NCBI GenBank assembly: GCA_044892505.1
Contig: CM097882.1
Coordinates: forward strand, 513,236,001 to 513,300,000
Length of the DNA stretch: 64,000 nt
Origin: Schmidtea nova
Taxonomy: Eukaryota
Direction: 5' to 3'
Shown here: positions 63,258 to 64,000 of the stretch, one piece after another
How the letters are laid out: every line of letters begins with the position of its first letter
Numbering within the stretch: position 1 is the stretch's first letter
Notes under the pieces: generated by a model
Databases searched by the model: none
Told to the model about the DNA's origin: nothing
What the model saw: the letters and a program-made list of their open reading frames with translations, nothing else
Translations under genes and position numbers: made by a program

Positions 63258-63957
63258 TGTGAGGATACCGAGTAGTGAGACTAATCAATCAATGGGGGTT
63301 CCCCAGAAAGAAATAATTAAAAAATTAATTAAAAGTTAATTGGCTAATGGGAAACCTGAGCCAATGGAAAACCCGAGCAGTGTGAGAAATTTGGTTGATC
63401 AACAAAATAATCTAATTATTCCGGGAAAATTAATCATTAAGAAAACCCGAGATTAAAAAATGGAACGCGACGGAGAACCAAGAAATCAAATTGATAATAA
63501 ATTAAATTAAAGAAAAAACTCGGGAAATAAAATAATAAGACAACTTATGAGAGGCACCCACCAAATAACTAAGTCAGATAAAATGATTCAATTAAAACGA
63601 ATAATATAAAAAGGAAAGACAAATCTGAAAGTGCGCCTGAGTGGTCAAAGAAAAATAAGCTTAAAATGAGTAATTGTAAGACAAGAGAAGAGTTTAGTGT
63701 CATTTAGAATCAAATTTATTCGACGTTCTGTACTAGAAAAGAAGATCTTCGTTTGGGAGACTTATCCCTACGATTTAGTCGGAAAACTAGCGAAGACAAG
63801 TTGAAATTGTGTAAAGAAAATTGTAATTAAAAATTGTATTGAATAAGTGTTGTAAAGTTGTCATATATCTTACAGTGTTGGGTTTCTTGAATCAATCCTA
63901 TGAGAACACCAAGGAGTGAGACAACAACACTGAATACTTGATAAATACCCAACAACA
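63258..63957 (+). mobile_element. Gypsy 3' LTR (LTR-F, 700 bp), PPT at 63241-63257
   Basis: GGGGGAAACTGGTA|TGTGAGGATACC ... CAACAACA; U3 17-bp repeats. Confidence 0.75.
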
Positions 63958-64000
63958 TTATCATCCTTTCTTTTCCCTGACTTTCAATTAATATTTTATT

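Noticed and set aside
1-64000. CRISPR arrays, rRNA, tRNA genes, operons
   Set aside because: None seen; the sequence is eukaryotic, and the repeats are TE-derived or tandem duplications without unique spacers.

Overview
AT-rich eukaryotic window with short (about 47-60 nt) GT-AG introns and one 485-N gap. It is almost entirely a nested transposon graveyard and shows no intact host gene. Composition and TE spectrum suggest a flatworm such as a planarian, but that is inference only. DNA transposons present: Sola-like, Merlin, mariner DD34D, Tigger/pogo, Tc1/IS630-like, a piggyBac-type MITE, and several hATs (Buster, Charlie/GTF2IRD2, hATm, ZBED, ZNF862-like). Also present: Penelope-like retroelements with minimal hammerhead-ribozyme motifs, a decayed Polinton/Maverick capsid module split by a hAT insertion, and many Ty3/gypsy LTRs. 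The most unusual signal is at 37-44 kb, where the LTRs themselves carry protein-coding cargo. One 5' LTR (39412-41864, followed by a tRNA-Trp PBS and gag) contains an intron-free CYFIP/Sra-1 fragment plus an intact unknown ORF, both between duplicated R-like segments. Two other divergent LTRs share a conserved unknown gene (RHLRxWxR-x18-RWEGD motif). All assignments come from reading motifs by eye, no database searches were run, and many boundaries are approximate.
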